Assembly (NCBI GenBank): GCA_012295275.1
Contig: CM022677.1
Coordinates: forward strand, 1,302,001 to 1,366,000
DNA: 64,000 nt
Direction: 5' to 3'
Source: Chrysomallon squamiferum
Taxonomy: Eukaryota; Animalia; Mollusca
Shown here: positions 31,188-44,285 of the stretch, one piece after another
Layout of the letters: each line of letters starts with the position of its first letter
How positions within the stretch are numbered: the first letter of the stretch is position 1
Translations under genes and position numbers: made by a program
The notes under the pieces: generated by a model
Databases searched by the model: none
What the model was told of the DNA's origin: nothing
What the model saw: only the letters and a program-made list of their open reading frames with translations

Positions 31188-32557
31188 GAGAGAGTGTTTG
31201 GTAGGACACGTACAATAGAAGGAAGAATCATGTTAATAACACTCTAGTAATGAACTCTTATTTACGTCGAAAATTAATACAAAAAAATTCTCATTTCTGG
31301 TTTCTTCTCGTCTGTTTCATTGTGAACAATGGACCTGCATTAGAATTAATTACCACAGGGAGAAAAATGGATCACTGTATCTTTCCGTCCATCTTCGTGT
31401 CTTGCTGCGCTTTGTATCATTACCTTTAATCAAACCGAGAAATAAAACGTCGCAGGTAGTTTGTCTGTGATTAATCAGTCGACCAAGGTCATTTTGTTTG
31501 TTTGTCGTTAAGACAGATAATGATGTTTGTTCCAAAATAAATAAATAAAATGAAATAAAATAATAATGATAATAAAAATAATAATAATACTAATACTACT
31601 ACTAATAATAATAATGATAATGATGATGATGATGATGATGATATTATTAATAAAGGTGTTATCATCATAACCAGAACAATAATAATGATAATGGTGATGA
31701 TTTTGATTATGATACAAAATAAAAAAACTGAAAAACATAAACAAAACTGAAAATATTAAAACGACGACGGCGATTGTGATGATTCGTCGACAAGATAATG
31801 AAATTAAGAAAACTCATAATCAGTAACTGAGTGGCTGATGAACATATTGAAATATTTCTGTTTGTGTGATGCGACTGTAGTTTTATTCTGAGCTCTCGGT
31901 TTGTTCTCAGAACACGTGTGAAATCCTTAACCTTTCTTCTGTTGCTTTTTTTGTTTGTTTTTGTTATTTTTATTTTTTTTTTTTTTTTTGCATTTAAATG
32001 AGAAGAAAATGATGCTGAATAAAAGTGCAGTAATAAGGAGTGTAGCATTTTACTGTAACAGATACAAAATAGTTTTAGTTGTCTACGAATTATTATTGTG
32101 GTTTTTTTTTTTTTTTTTTTAATAAAAATGTTATCCTCAGTGATGCTGATCAGGAAAACAATAAGAAATTGACGACCTTCACTGTAGATATTACATTTAC
32201 GTAACATACTTATATACTTTTAGATATAATTTACAAGCTAATCCGGTAATTTTAATTAATTTTTAATTACACGAATAAAGCCACTATATTAAAGTGTAAT
32301 GTTTGATCTTATAATGTCTACATTTCTGCAGCTTAGAGGAAATGAGCCAGCGCTGTATGGTAATTCAGTACCCAGTGATTGCTGAGGCGCGCGCGTCACG
32401 TTGGGTTTTGTAAGTAAATCTAGTCCGACTTAACAGCAGATATTAAACTACAAAGCCGTAGTGACATTTTATTTATCTGCAAATATGGTTTTCGCGGTTA
32501 GTAATAAATTGAACCTTAAGTTAGCAAAACCAAACGTTGCAGCTAAATAAAAGAAAA

Positions 32558-32678
32558 TGTGTTTGTATGCGTGTATGTGTCTGTGAGTGTGTGTCTGTGT
32601 GTGTATGGGTGTGTTTGTCGAGGTGAGTGTGTGGTTGTGTGTGTGCATTTCAGTGTGTGGTTGTGTTTGTGTATGAAT

Positions 32679-32731
<53 letters not shown>

Positions 32732-32738
32732 TGTGTGT

Positions 32739-32779
<41 letters not shown>

Positions 32780-32886
32780 TGTGTGTGTGTGTGTGTGTGT
32801 GTATGTGTGTGTGTGTGTATGTGAGTGTGTGTGTGTGTGAGTGTGTGTGTGTATGTGAGTGTGTGTGTGTGTGTGTGATTGTGTGT
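32558..32886. repeat. (GT)n microsatellite, imperfect
   Basis: Direct reading. Confidence 0.9.
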
Positions 32887-33856
32887 TTTAAATGAAGTTT
32901 ATAACAGCAAATATTAAAACAGAAACAGGTTTTATAATCAACGCAGTGAAGTTCACTGGACAATTATACATACATAATTCATGAATATTCATCGATGGAA
33001 TCATTATCTAATCGATTTTTGAATATCACACTGAACGCTGCCTACATTTTATATATAATCTGTTTCTTTACAAATGTCTGTGAGTTTATAATTACTGTCA
33101 CGACGACTATAATAATGACGTCACTGTTGAAGAGATGACGATGATAATCTTGTTGATGATGATGACTGCAAAATCACCTTGGAGATAATGTTACTACTAC
33201 TGCTGCCGCTACTACTACTATACTACTACAACTACTACTACAACTCATTCTATAACTACTGCAACTATTCCTGCTACCATGTTACTACTAGTGCTAATAA
33301 CAACAACAACAACAGCAACAACAATAATAATAATAAGAACAACAACAACAATAGCAAAAGCAATAATCATGTAAATTCCTTTAACAAGAAAAACTAAAAA
33401 AAAAAAAATAATATTTCCATCTTGAAATAGTGTATTCATTGCTGTTATAAAACATGAAAGCACTTAGTTCATCGATATTTTTTCTTGACAAAAACCTCAT
33501 TGTAGGAAATTAAATTTAGTCTTTACACTGATGCGACAATGAACTGCTATTCGAGATGATAAGTATTCATTTTCCACTGGTCCCTGTAGAACGCCAGTAA
33601 AAATGAAATCGCATTAGAACGTAATTCATTATTCAAGTGCGCGTTAACACTAATTAACTTTTAGAAACAGTTTGGAATATTTGATGGAAACGTAGAGCGA
33701 AATGATCTACTGGAAAAACATATGGAAGAAAAAGTAAAACACAAAAGGAAGAAATAAAGATGATATTGTAGTGAAGTAAAATTATTTCTCTGAATTAAAC
33801 GGAACAGTGAAAATGGTTAATTTAAGACGAACTCTATAAAACTGCCTTTATTATTG

Positions 33857-34417
33857 AAAAAGTACAATAGACGACGTATTGATGCACATTTTAGTTGACG
33901 ATGTTTGAGATATATATAAACACATACATACGTACATATATATATATATATATATACATACGTACATACAAAAAGTACAATAGAATTCGTATTGATGCAC
34001 ATTTTAGTTGACGATGTTTGAGATATATATAAACACATACATACGTACATATATATATATATATACATACGTACATACAAAAAGTACAATAGAATTCGTA
34101 TTGATGCACATTTTAGTTGACGATGTTTGAGATATATATACATACGTACATATATATATATATACATACGTACATACAAAAAGTACAATATATATATATA
34201 TAGATATATATAAACATACATACATACAAAAATATATATATATATATACATACATACATAGACGAATTCGTATTGATGCACATTTTAGTTGACGATGTTT
34301 GAGATATATATAAACACATACATACGTACATATATATATATATATATACATACGTACATACAAAAAGTACAATAGACGACGTATTGATGCACATTTTAGT
34401 TGACGATGTTTGAGATA
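33857..34417. repeat. Composite ~110-nt tandem repeat (unique core plus embedded AT/ACAT microsatellite), 5 cores
   Basis: Core CGTATTGATGCACATTTTAGTTGACGATGTTTGAGATA recurs five times. Confidence 0.92.
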
Positions 34418-34540
34418 CATTTGTAACAAAGACGTGCTCTAATTTGATGTAATAATTTTATTTTTCTCTGTTATTGAATATTTTCTAAATAATAATAATA
34501 CTGAAATAAATGTATATATGTACGTACGTGGGTATTTGTA

Positions 34541-34585
<45 letters not shown>

Positions 34586-35770
34586 GTACGTATGTATGTA
34601 TGTATGTATGTATGTATATATGTATAAATATATATATATATATATATATGTATATGTATGTATGTACGTATGTATGTATGTATGTATATATGTATAAATA
34701 TATATATATATATATGTATATGTATGTATGTACGTATGTATGTATGTATGTATATATGTATATATGTATAAATCAAAAGAAATATATTTATGGGGAAGTG
34801 TTTAGATGTGTTTATATCTATGTAAACGTAAGCTGGGTACATATTTCTATTGCTATTCGAATTGGCAAATTAAACTGGTCGGAATTTTAAACATAAGAGT
34901 CGAGTGAATCTTAATAAACACTTTGCCCTCTCTGATATTTAATCCTCTAACGGTAACTGATAACACGTGATTATCTGACAAAATAATATAGAGACGTACG
35001 TAACTCTGTACGTAATTATCTCATAATGTTCATATATATATATATAAGTTCATATAGATATATATATATTTATACTCTTATGTACGTATACGATAAAATA
35101 ACAAACATCATCATTATCATCATTTTTATTTTTTTTTTAAGGAATCTATTTAGTCTTAGTTATTAAAGGGAGATAAATTTCAAAGGGAAATAACTCAGTG
35201 CATAATGGATATCCTTGCGGCATTAACCACTGATGAAATATGAGTGCAGTGCGCATGTGTGCGACAGAGAACTAACGAGAATACGTGTCACTGAAAGATT
35301 AAGTGTCTGTGGTTAGTTATTACATGTCATAAATCTGTAAACAAGAAACATGGAAATTTATTCACAGAAACAGTGAAAAATTAACAACTGCTTTATCCTT
35401 ATACATATTCATTCGTACACCGATATACCAGTACACATACACATAAACACATAATACAAACATATAAACTCAGTATTAAAACACGCAGTGAACACGCACA
35501 CACATATATATATACATACATACACACATACACACAGATATACATACATACATACATACATACACACACACACATATATACTGAACATGTGTTATTAACT
35601 TATGGATATTTTACAAGACACAATAGCTAGTAGAAAGTATCGACTCACTGAATATATAACTTTTTAAATTTCGTTCAGTAATAAATTTTATAACTGGTGA
35701 TTCTTGTATGTTTTTATATTCTGAACAAATTGTTCGTTTAAAACGAGAAGCTATGTCAATAAGCTTATTT

Positions 35771-35809
<39 letters not shown>

Positions 35810-35860
35810 AATAATAATAATAATAAATTATAAGAAGACGATGAAGAGAAAGAAGAAGTA

Positions 35861-37206
35861 CAATGGTATCTGTTTTCAGCGGCCCCCGGGAAGAGCGGCC
35901 ACCTGCGATCTACGGACACTTTCCTAGTTTCGATTGTTTCATTGTGTCCCTCACGTGAGCGGCCACCTGCGAAATACGGACACTTTCCTAGTTTCGATTG
36001 TTACAGTGTCCCTCAGGTGAGCGGACATCCACTGAAAGCGGACATGGACAGGTTTTTAATTACTGCTCCACTGCTAAAGCGGACAGGCCTAGCGATATGG
36101 ACTTGTTTTCTCCTAAATTAATGCGTACAACAGTTTACACGGTATTTTCAAAGATGGCGTTTCCTGCACTGCACAGTGCATGCTGGGAGTATTTTTAGTA
36201 GAATCACGTGAACCCGCTTACTGCAATAGCAAAACGCCTGCCCGCCTAACCCGAGCGAGTTCAACTCGTTTGATACCTGATTTTGATAATTCGTTCATTC
36301 CATGCATACCGTATATACATGTGTACAAGGCGACCTTATGTATAAGTCGATCTGTATTTTAAGTCCAAAAATTGCGTCATTTTAGGTATTAACTTGTGTA
36401 TAAGTCGACTGTAGATTCCAGGCACCGTCACTTTGTTTTCAATTTGTCGGTAGTGGATATTAATGACGATTGCAATATTATTTCACCAAATTCTTTACAA
36501 TTACACAAGTGAGTTTTGTTTATGAAATTAGGACCGATATTTAGTGCAATTTGGCAGAGAAGTCTGCATTCCTAGATCATTGCAAGACGCCGTAAGGCAT
36601 AACGCCGTACTGACAGTTTTCTCGCTTTAAAATGTATTTTTATGTCATTAAACGGAAGAATATCATGTTTTACATTCATATTTGGTTTTGTTATCTAATT
36701 TTTCAAAAATTTTTATACGATAAAATTATATTTTTGAAAAGCTGAAAGACCGCGATTATTTTAGATGCATCCCGTAGCAAAAAATAGTCAAAATGGCGAC
36801 TCTTCAGCAACAGCTACAAAAGCATTACCTATGTATAAGTCGACCCCCAAAATATTACCTTAATATAGTCTCCCAAAAATTCGACTTATACACAAGTATA
36901 TACGGTACTTCTGTTTTTGTAAAAGCCGCTTCTTATCCGTGCCTGGGTTTCAAACGCAATATTTTGTAAAACATAATTTATGACGCGCAAAGTATGTTTT
37001 ATTTATATTCATAAATGAACACCGTATGTTTGTGTTTTAAAAGAAAGCTGTGATGCTTGCTACTGCAAAGTCCGTGGGTAATGTGAATAAATCTTCTTGA
37101 TATATCTTAAAAAAAAACAAAAAATAAGAAATAAAAATTTTAAAATTGTGATACTGGGACACTTTTGCTCTGCCTAAAAGGTGTCGCCACAAAACAGATA
37201 CCACTG
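35861..37206. mobile_element. Tc1/mariner-superfamily (pogo/Tigger-like) MITE, interrupted by a second MITE
   Basis: TA|CAATGGTATCTGTTTT ... AAAACAGATACCACTG|TA gives TIRs with a TA TSD; subterminal ~65-nt direct repeats GAGCGGCCACCTGCGA..TACGGACACTTTCCTAGTTTCGATTGTT. Confidence 0.85.
36309..36905. mobile_element. Tc2-like (Tc1/mariner superfamily) MITE nested in the previous element
   Basis: TA|CCGTATATACATGTGTACAAGGCGA ... TCGACTTATACACAAGTATATACGG|TA; repeated internal TGTATAAGTCGA motifs; CCGTA termini are characteristic of Tc2-type elements. Confidence 0.88.
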
Positions 37207-38345
37207 TATAACGACAGATTAATGGTAGAATTACTAGATTTCTTTATTTGATTAGGAGATATTGATTTTATTACAAGATAACACTCGTCCATAAATAAAT
37301 AAATCTACCAACTTACCTGTATATATATATAACTAGTACATCGGCCTTTCAGTTCTATTTACAAATGACGTCAATATATAAACAATAAGGTGACGTCATG
37401 ACCATTGCAGCAGCGCTCTGTATGATGGTATTTATGGATGAATGGATATATGCGACTTTGTTTTATTTCCTTTGTTTACAACGTACACTGTTATATAGTA
37501 ATATATGTTTACAAATAAGGACTAACTGAAATCTAATATGTTTCTAACATTTTCAATTTTCATGTTCTAAATTTACAACTGATAAAACGAATTAAACCGG
37601 ATAAAATGAATTATGTTTAAGCTAATTAGGAAAACCTAGGAAACATTTATTAAATATTACAAAAAAAAAAAAAAAAAAAAAAAAAACATTCATCAAATAG
37701 AGCGAAAGAGACAGAAAAAAAAAAAAATAATAATAATAATAAAGACAAAATAAAATAGAAATAAAAAATACAAAAATAAAATAAAATAAAATAAAAGAGT
37801 TCACATCGATTTTCATAAACAACACGAGGATTGCAAGGACACGCACATTATTTTTATTTTTTACCTTTTTATTTTATTAATTTTTTAGAACACGCTATCT
37901 TTAGACTAGATTTTGAATCATGGATAGAACTATTTTTATACTGTCATAATTTGTCTACTTTTAGTTTTAGTTCTTTTTTTATTGTAATAATGATTATCAC
38001 GATGATGGATTCATCATGACATAATTATTGCTAATGCTAGTAGCAAAACTAATTAGTTCTTTTTTAGATAATATATTAAGAAACTGTGTTATCAGAAATG
38101 TGTATTCCTTATATTTTACTCAGTAAAAATTGTATGTTATATCTAAGTGTATGCATGTTATGTTTAAATGTGTGTATGTATGTATGTATGTATGTATGTG
38201 TATATCTGTCTGTCTGTATGTATGTATATATGTCTGTCTGTCTGTATGTATGTATCTATGTATGTATGTGTGTTTGTATGTTATATTTTGTACATGTATA
38301 ATTGTACGTACGTACGCTATATATTTGTATGTATCTATTTATACT

Positions 38346-38400
<55 letters not shown>

Positions 38401-38818
38401 ACGTGTAGATATGTGTATATATATGGCTGTAATTAGTGCTATATAAATATAAAGTTGAAAATAATAAGAAGAAATAACTCAGGTGAACAAACACAAGCTG
38501 AAATGATAAAAAAGAAATCTGTTAAAAAAATATTTAATTTTTGGTTTACATAATGGATGTATGTGCATGTAAGTTAACATAAATTTTAATAATAATAGCA
38601 GTTACTTTAAAGTGACTTATTTATTCTGTGGATCACCTGCCGTTCATTTTCTAGAAGCCCATTTGGACAGCTAATTTAAGGTAACTGTCAGTTTGGTGTC
38701 CTTTTATTCATCACCTATTGTCAAACTCTGTACACGAGGTCAATATCCGACATCTCGGGTAATTAGCTCTCGACCTATTTGTGGTTTTAAATGTCTTTTA
38801 ATGAACAGTCTGCGAAGG

Positions 38819-38887
<69 letters not shown>

Positions 38888-41800
38888 TCCCCAGAGCCGC
38901 CATGTTTGCAGAGCTAGTCTAAATCGATACGTAAAGAGATACGGTAAAACGTCGAACTCTCGCGGGAATTTCTCGTGTAACGTCGCTTCTCATGTTTCAG
39001 ATTTCGCATCGATTCGAAGTTCTGCACTAACGGTTGATAGCGGAGATTAGCGACAACAAAAAGGCTCGTTGCACATGCGTAATAAAAGCAATCATCTCGT
39101 TTCCAATAGTTACACTGTGATCTCCGATTGTCATGAAATATTAATAATAATAAAACAAAATAAAATAAAATAAAATAAAATAAAATAAAATAAAATTAAA
39201 TAAATAAAATGAAATAAAATAAAATACATAATAAAAAAAACCCCAACAAAACATAAAATTAAAAAATCAAAAACGGAAACAAATAAAAATAAATAAATAA
39301 ATATTAACAACAAAAACAACAACAACAACAACAATAATAATAATAATATTAATAATAATTTAACGTTAAACAAATATTGAAAGCATTTTTGTATCCCTCG
39401 ATATTAGAATAAATAAGATATACTAAGCGTGCGTGCGTGCGTGCGTACATGTGTGTGCGTTTACGCATCATACACACATACACGTAAACATACACACATA
39501 CAAACATACATATAAATCACATTTGTTCGTAAGAATGAATACATAAACACTTGAATCACTGATACAGTGTTATGTACGTACAAAATATCGAAAGAAGAAT
39601 GACTGGGATCTGAAAATAAGTGAAGTGAGTAAATGAGTTTTGAGTTTTGAGTCGATAGACATTGTGAGTTGTGGTATATGTGTTAGTAGGCTAATACTGG
39701 AAAGTACAACGATTCATTAGTTGAGGGATTTAAAGCGCATTTGGTACTGAAAAAAAAAATTGAAAATTTCCGCTTAAACAACATTTCTGTTTAACACAAA
39801 TGTTTAAATTAAATCTGAACAGCAGGGTAATTAGCCTGATTCATTTTAGAGAATAGCACTAAAAGAAAAAACAAAACAACAGATTAATAATGAAGAAAAA
39901 AAAAAAAACCCAAAACAAACACCTTTACAACATATAAAATGACAATAACAACAACAACAACAACAACGACAACGACGACGACGACAACAGCAACAACAAT
40001 AATAATGAAATTAAATGTAAATACATATAAATATATTGAGAATAATGTGAGTTTTAAGAAACGTTTTTCTAAAGGAGATATATCATTAAAAAAGAAACAA
40101 ATTCAAGTGTAAATAATTAAAAAAAAAAAAAAAAAAAAACTACAAAGACTCGCAAGCCCAGTCTCTGATCTGACGACATCACTGACTCGAATTCATTGCT
40201 AAACAGACGAGTGGACGACAGACAAATTTCTTTTCCAGTTACAGATACTATGAAACATCTGAACCAGATTAGAGAGGATAAAGGTCTCGTGGCACACATT
40301 TATTTTTCATCCAGCTGCAAACGCTTATTACCATGCACCTCAAAATGCCCTGCTGACCAGTCACTTCGATAGGTTTACAAAAGCTCTTCTGCACGCTGTA
40401 TCAGCAGGACTCTCTCTGCGTGTTTTACCATTTATTGGCTTCTCCCAGTGGGGAATTCTCCAACAGAAAAAACAACAACAATTAATCAGAGAACGGAGAG
40501 AGAGAGGAAAGTGGACAGATGTAATGTGACAAAGGGAGACAACTGACTGTTTTGGTTTTTTTTCACAAGAAACCGGTTTGTACGACAAATTCCTAGAAAA
40601 AAGCGTCTGAAAATAATTAGTTACTATTGTTTGTTGTTGTTGTTTTGTTATCATCATCACTAGACATGCATATTATTTCTTTCTCTCTATATCTCTGTCT
40701 TTGTCTCTGTCTGTCTCTATATCTCTGTCTCTTCCAGTCTTGCTTCAGTGAGTTAGAGATGTAAAACATTGTTCATTAGTCAGTGACGTAATGCACTGTT
40801 GTGAGTTAATGATGTAAGACAATTAATGACGTAAGGCACTGTTGTGAGTTAACGATGTAAGACAATTAATAAGTTAATGACAATCTGTTAATGAGTTGGT
40901 TTTGAAAAGTAATACAATGACGTCATGGACTGAATAACCAGAACTAGAACTATAGTGATTATATCGGTCATCTGTGATGTCACATGAAATACCTGACCTA
41001 GAATCCAGAGCTTCTGAAAGCATTTTGTATCCCTGGGATATTAGAAGAGCTCAAACGAGGAATTTCTGTGTTTAGCCCTCATTTGTTGTACTGTTTTTCA
41101 CTGTCTTATGTTGTTTGGTTATATTGTACTTTTGTCTAATGAAAGTATTGTATGGTTTGGTTATAGTGTATTGTACTGTCCTGGTCCATTTTGTATAATG
41201 AATGTATTGTATTGTACTCTACTGTATAATGTATTGTATTGCACGGTACCCTATTGAATAATGAATATATTGTATTGTATTCTACTGTATAATGTATTGT
41301 ATTGCACGGTACCCTATTGAATAATGAATATATTGTATCGTATTGTGTGGTTTGGTACATTGTATTGTACCGTACCCTGTTGTATAATGTATCGTGTTGT
41401 TTTATTTGGGGTATTGTGTTGTTCTGTACCCTAATGTATCATACATTGTATCGTGTTGTGTTGTTCTGTCCCTACTGTATAGTAATGTATCATGTTGTGT
41501 TGTTTGATATATTGTGTTGTGTTGTTTAGTATATTGTATTGTATTATACTGAGGTGTATAATTTATTTGAACTTATTGTATCATGGATTGTTTGATACAT
41601 TTTCTTTACAGGAATATATATATATGCATATATTAAATACAGTAAACAAACAGCAGTTTGTATGTTGTGTTCTGTAGTTTCGAGAACGTGGTTAGTATGT
41701 CCCACTTGGCGCTAATACACGTCTATTTAGAACACCGCGTGACTAAGAGAAATACCCAAAGCTGTTTTAGAAAGAAATATGGATGCGGCTGTTTTATACA

Positions 41801-42252
41801 AATTCACGTCTGTGATAGTCATTTATTATCCTCCTGGGACTTTCTTTCTCCGCTTGGTTATTGGAGCTGTAATAGATATCAAATAAAAAACCAAAAACAA
41901 TAAATAAAATATTACGCTATCTGGTTATTTTAATAATCAATTAATATCTTTCGTTTTGTAGTTCTGTTTCCTTAGACCATCTAATAAAATATAGAGCACT
42001 GCGAAGCCGATATTAATTAGGGAGGAAACTACGTTTAAAGAAGGCTGAATTAATAAAAATGAACATCCCAGTACGTTTGTTGAAGACGGTTATTTAATTA
42101 ACTTCTTCCTTAGTTTCATATTTAATTAGTGAACTCACTTGACAGTATGCGAAGTACTTACATACATACCTGCATACACAAATATAGACATATACACACA
42201 TATACAAACATGCATTCAGAGACACACACACACACACACACAAACACACACA

Positions 42253-42420
42253 GGTTGTCTTGATAGCGAACAGTAACGTCGTTCGCCTTCGGAGTGCGGG
42301 CGAATGGGTGTCATACGTTCAAGTCTCGTCAGCGGCATCTGACGGGTTTGTGAAGTCGTGATTGGACTTTGTCCTCCTGCGCCAGTGCGTTCCCGAATAT
42401 AGTCTGTGTGCAGAGTCTAA
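42253..42420 (+). mobile_element. tRNA-derived SINE-like element (copy 1, with head)
   Basis: A-box-like TGATAGCGAACAGTAA and B-box-like GTTCAAGTC; the body aligns to the reverse complement of 23491-23620. Confidence 0.65.
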
Positions 42421-43744
42421 TCTGACGTATATAAGACAGAGAATATTCAAATCCTAAAATACATATACATATATACCAAAATATATGAGAAAAAAAACAC
42501 AACCCCCACAAAAAAATCACACACGCACAATGAAAGATAGAATAAAACAAATCAGTTAGCATTGTTTAACAGTTTAACAAATATCATTATTATATAACCG
42601 GTCGTTTAAACACCCCAAAAATTAAGCGCGCTCATCATTTTTTTTTTTTTTTTTTTTTTTTTTTTCCCCTGTAATTTCCAACACGTGTAAGAGATAATTG
42701 GCTTATGGAATCGGCCTGCAGTGTTTTCATACGCTAATCCAGGCGGCTGATCACCAGCTTTTGACAATTCGTTTTACTGCACAAATTTAATCTCTCGACA
42801 TTTCACGGACGAGATCGTAAAACTTCCAACATGTTGTGGTGTTTCTTTTCTCTTCACATCGCGATAGCGTCCTTGGGGACATTCTTCAAACCAGCTTATC
42901 TGGGGCATGTCGTTATTTGGCTCAAGGGAGTCGGGCAATAATGGTCTCAAGAACAATTAAAAGTATTAGCAAAGAGACACACACATGCACCAAACGGCTG
43001 AGCCAAGCCTAGCGTGGGCCGGGTAATTTCTTTGAACAGTAAATAAAATAATAGCATAGATAAACGACTTTCAGTGAACTTATATGCAGTTGTTACTTTA
43101 ACAGCAGTGGTTGGAAGATGGTTTAACGTTTAGAGCGATATCTTCTTGAACCAAAATCTAAAACCTAATAAATTAAATCCTAAAATCCTAACATCCTTGA
43201 TTACGAAGCGCGCGCGCGAGTGAGAGCGACAAATGACAAAGATCTAAACAGTATCAGTGAATATATAACTGAACATATAATAATTTATTTCAAATTCGTT
43301 TCCAAGTAACTGCTAAAGATGAATACATAACAATTTGTTTTAATTCATGTATGACAAACACTTGTTGGAGAACACGCCTGAAGTGTTAATAACAGTTTAG
43401 CAAAATAACAGAGACATTCATTTGTTAATAATAATCATTGTTGTTACTGCCAGTATGATCACTTCGTGCTATTCACATTTGAATTTATTTATTTATTTAT
43501 TTATTTATTTATTTGTTTGTTTGTTGTTTATGTATTTACTTGTTTTATTTTATTTTATTTCATTTTAATTATTCTATTTCATTTCATTCATTCATTCATT
43601 CATTTCATTTATTTATTTGTTTATTTTTATATTTAGACGTAAAACGAAGTAATACCTTGGAATACCTTATATTAGTATCAATTTAATGTTTTCTTTCTAA
43701 TTATTAATAATGTATTCTGCATGATACTATAGTTTAATCCGCTC

Positions 43745-43760
43745 AGTAGTAGTAGTAGTA

Positions 43761-43791
<31 letters not shown>

Positions 43792-44121
43792 AGTAGTAGT
43801 AGCAGTAGTACAGTAATTTGTAGTAGAAATAGAAGAAGTTGTAGTGGTAGTAATAACAACAATAACAGTAGTAGTAGTAGTAGCAGTAGTAGTAGTAACA
43901 GTAGTAGTAATAGTACTAATAGTAGCAGTAATAGTAGTAGTCGTAGCAGTAGTAGTAGTGATAGCAACAGCAGTAGAAGTAGTAGCAGTAGTAGTAATAG
44001 TAGTAATAGCAGTAACTTCAGGAGTAGTAGTAGTAGTAGTATCAATAGCAGTTATAGTATCAGTAGTATTAGTATTAGTAGTAGTAATAACAGAAGTGGT
44101 AGTAGTAATAGCAGCAACAGC

Positions 44122-44171
<50 letters not shown>

Positions 44172-44200
44172 TAGTTATAACAGTAGCAGGAGCAGTAATA
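43745..44200. repeat. (AGT)n/(AGC)n trinucleotide tract
   Basis: Direct reading. Confidence 0.92.
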
Positions 44201-44285
44201 TTAGTATGCTTTTTAAAGATGGTATACTGTATCATTCTAAATAAAGAACACATTAACAAATGTTTAGACAGTATCAAAAGAGTAA

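Noticed and set aside
40993-41065. Possible minus-strand exon with CAG|GTATTT donor
   Set aside because: Stops in all three frames; a non-coding exon cannot be supported without transcripts.
42253-42335. Functional tRNA gene
   Set aside because: No clean cloverleaf or acceptor stem, and similarity to a second locus continues well beyond the tRNA-like part, indicating a SINE.
42990-43035. GC-rich GCGTGGGCCGGGTA as a Helitron 3' hairpin
   Set aside because: No CTRR terminus and no matching 5' end found.
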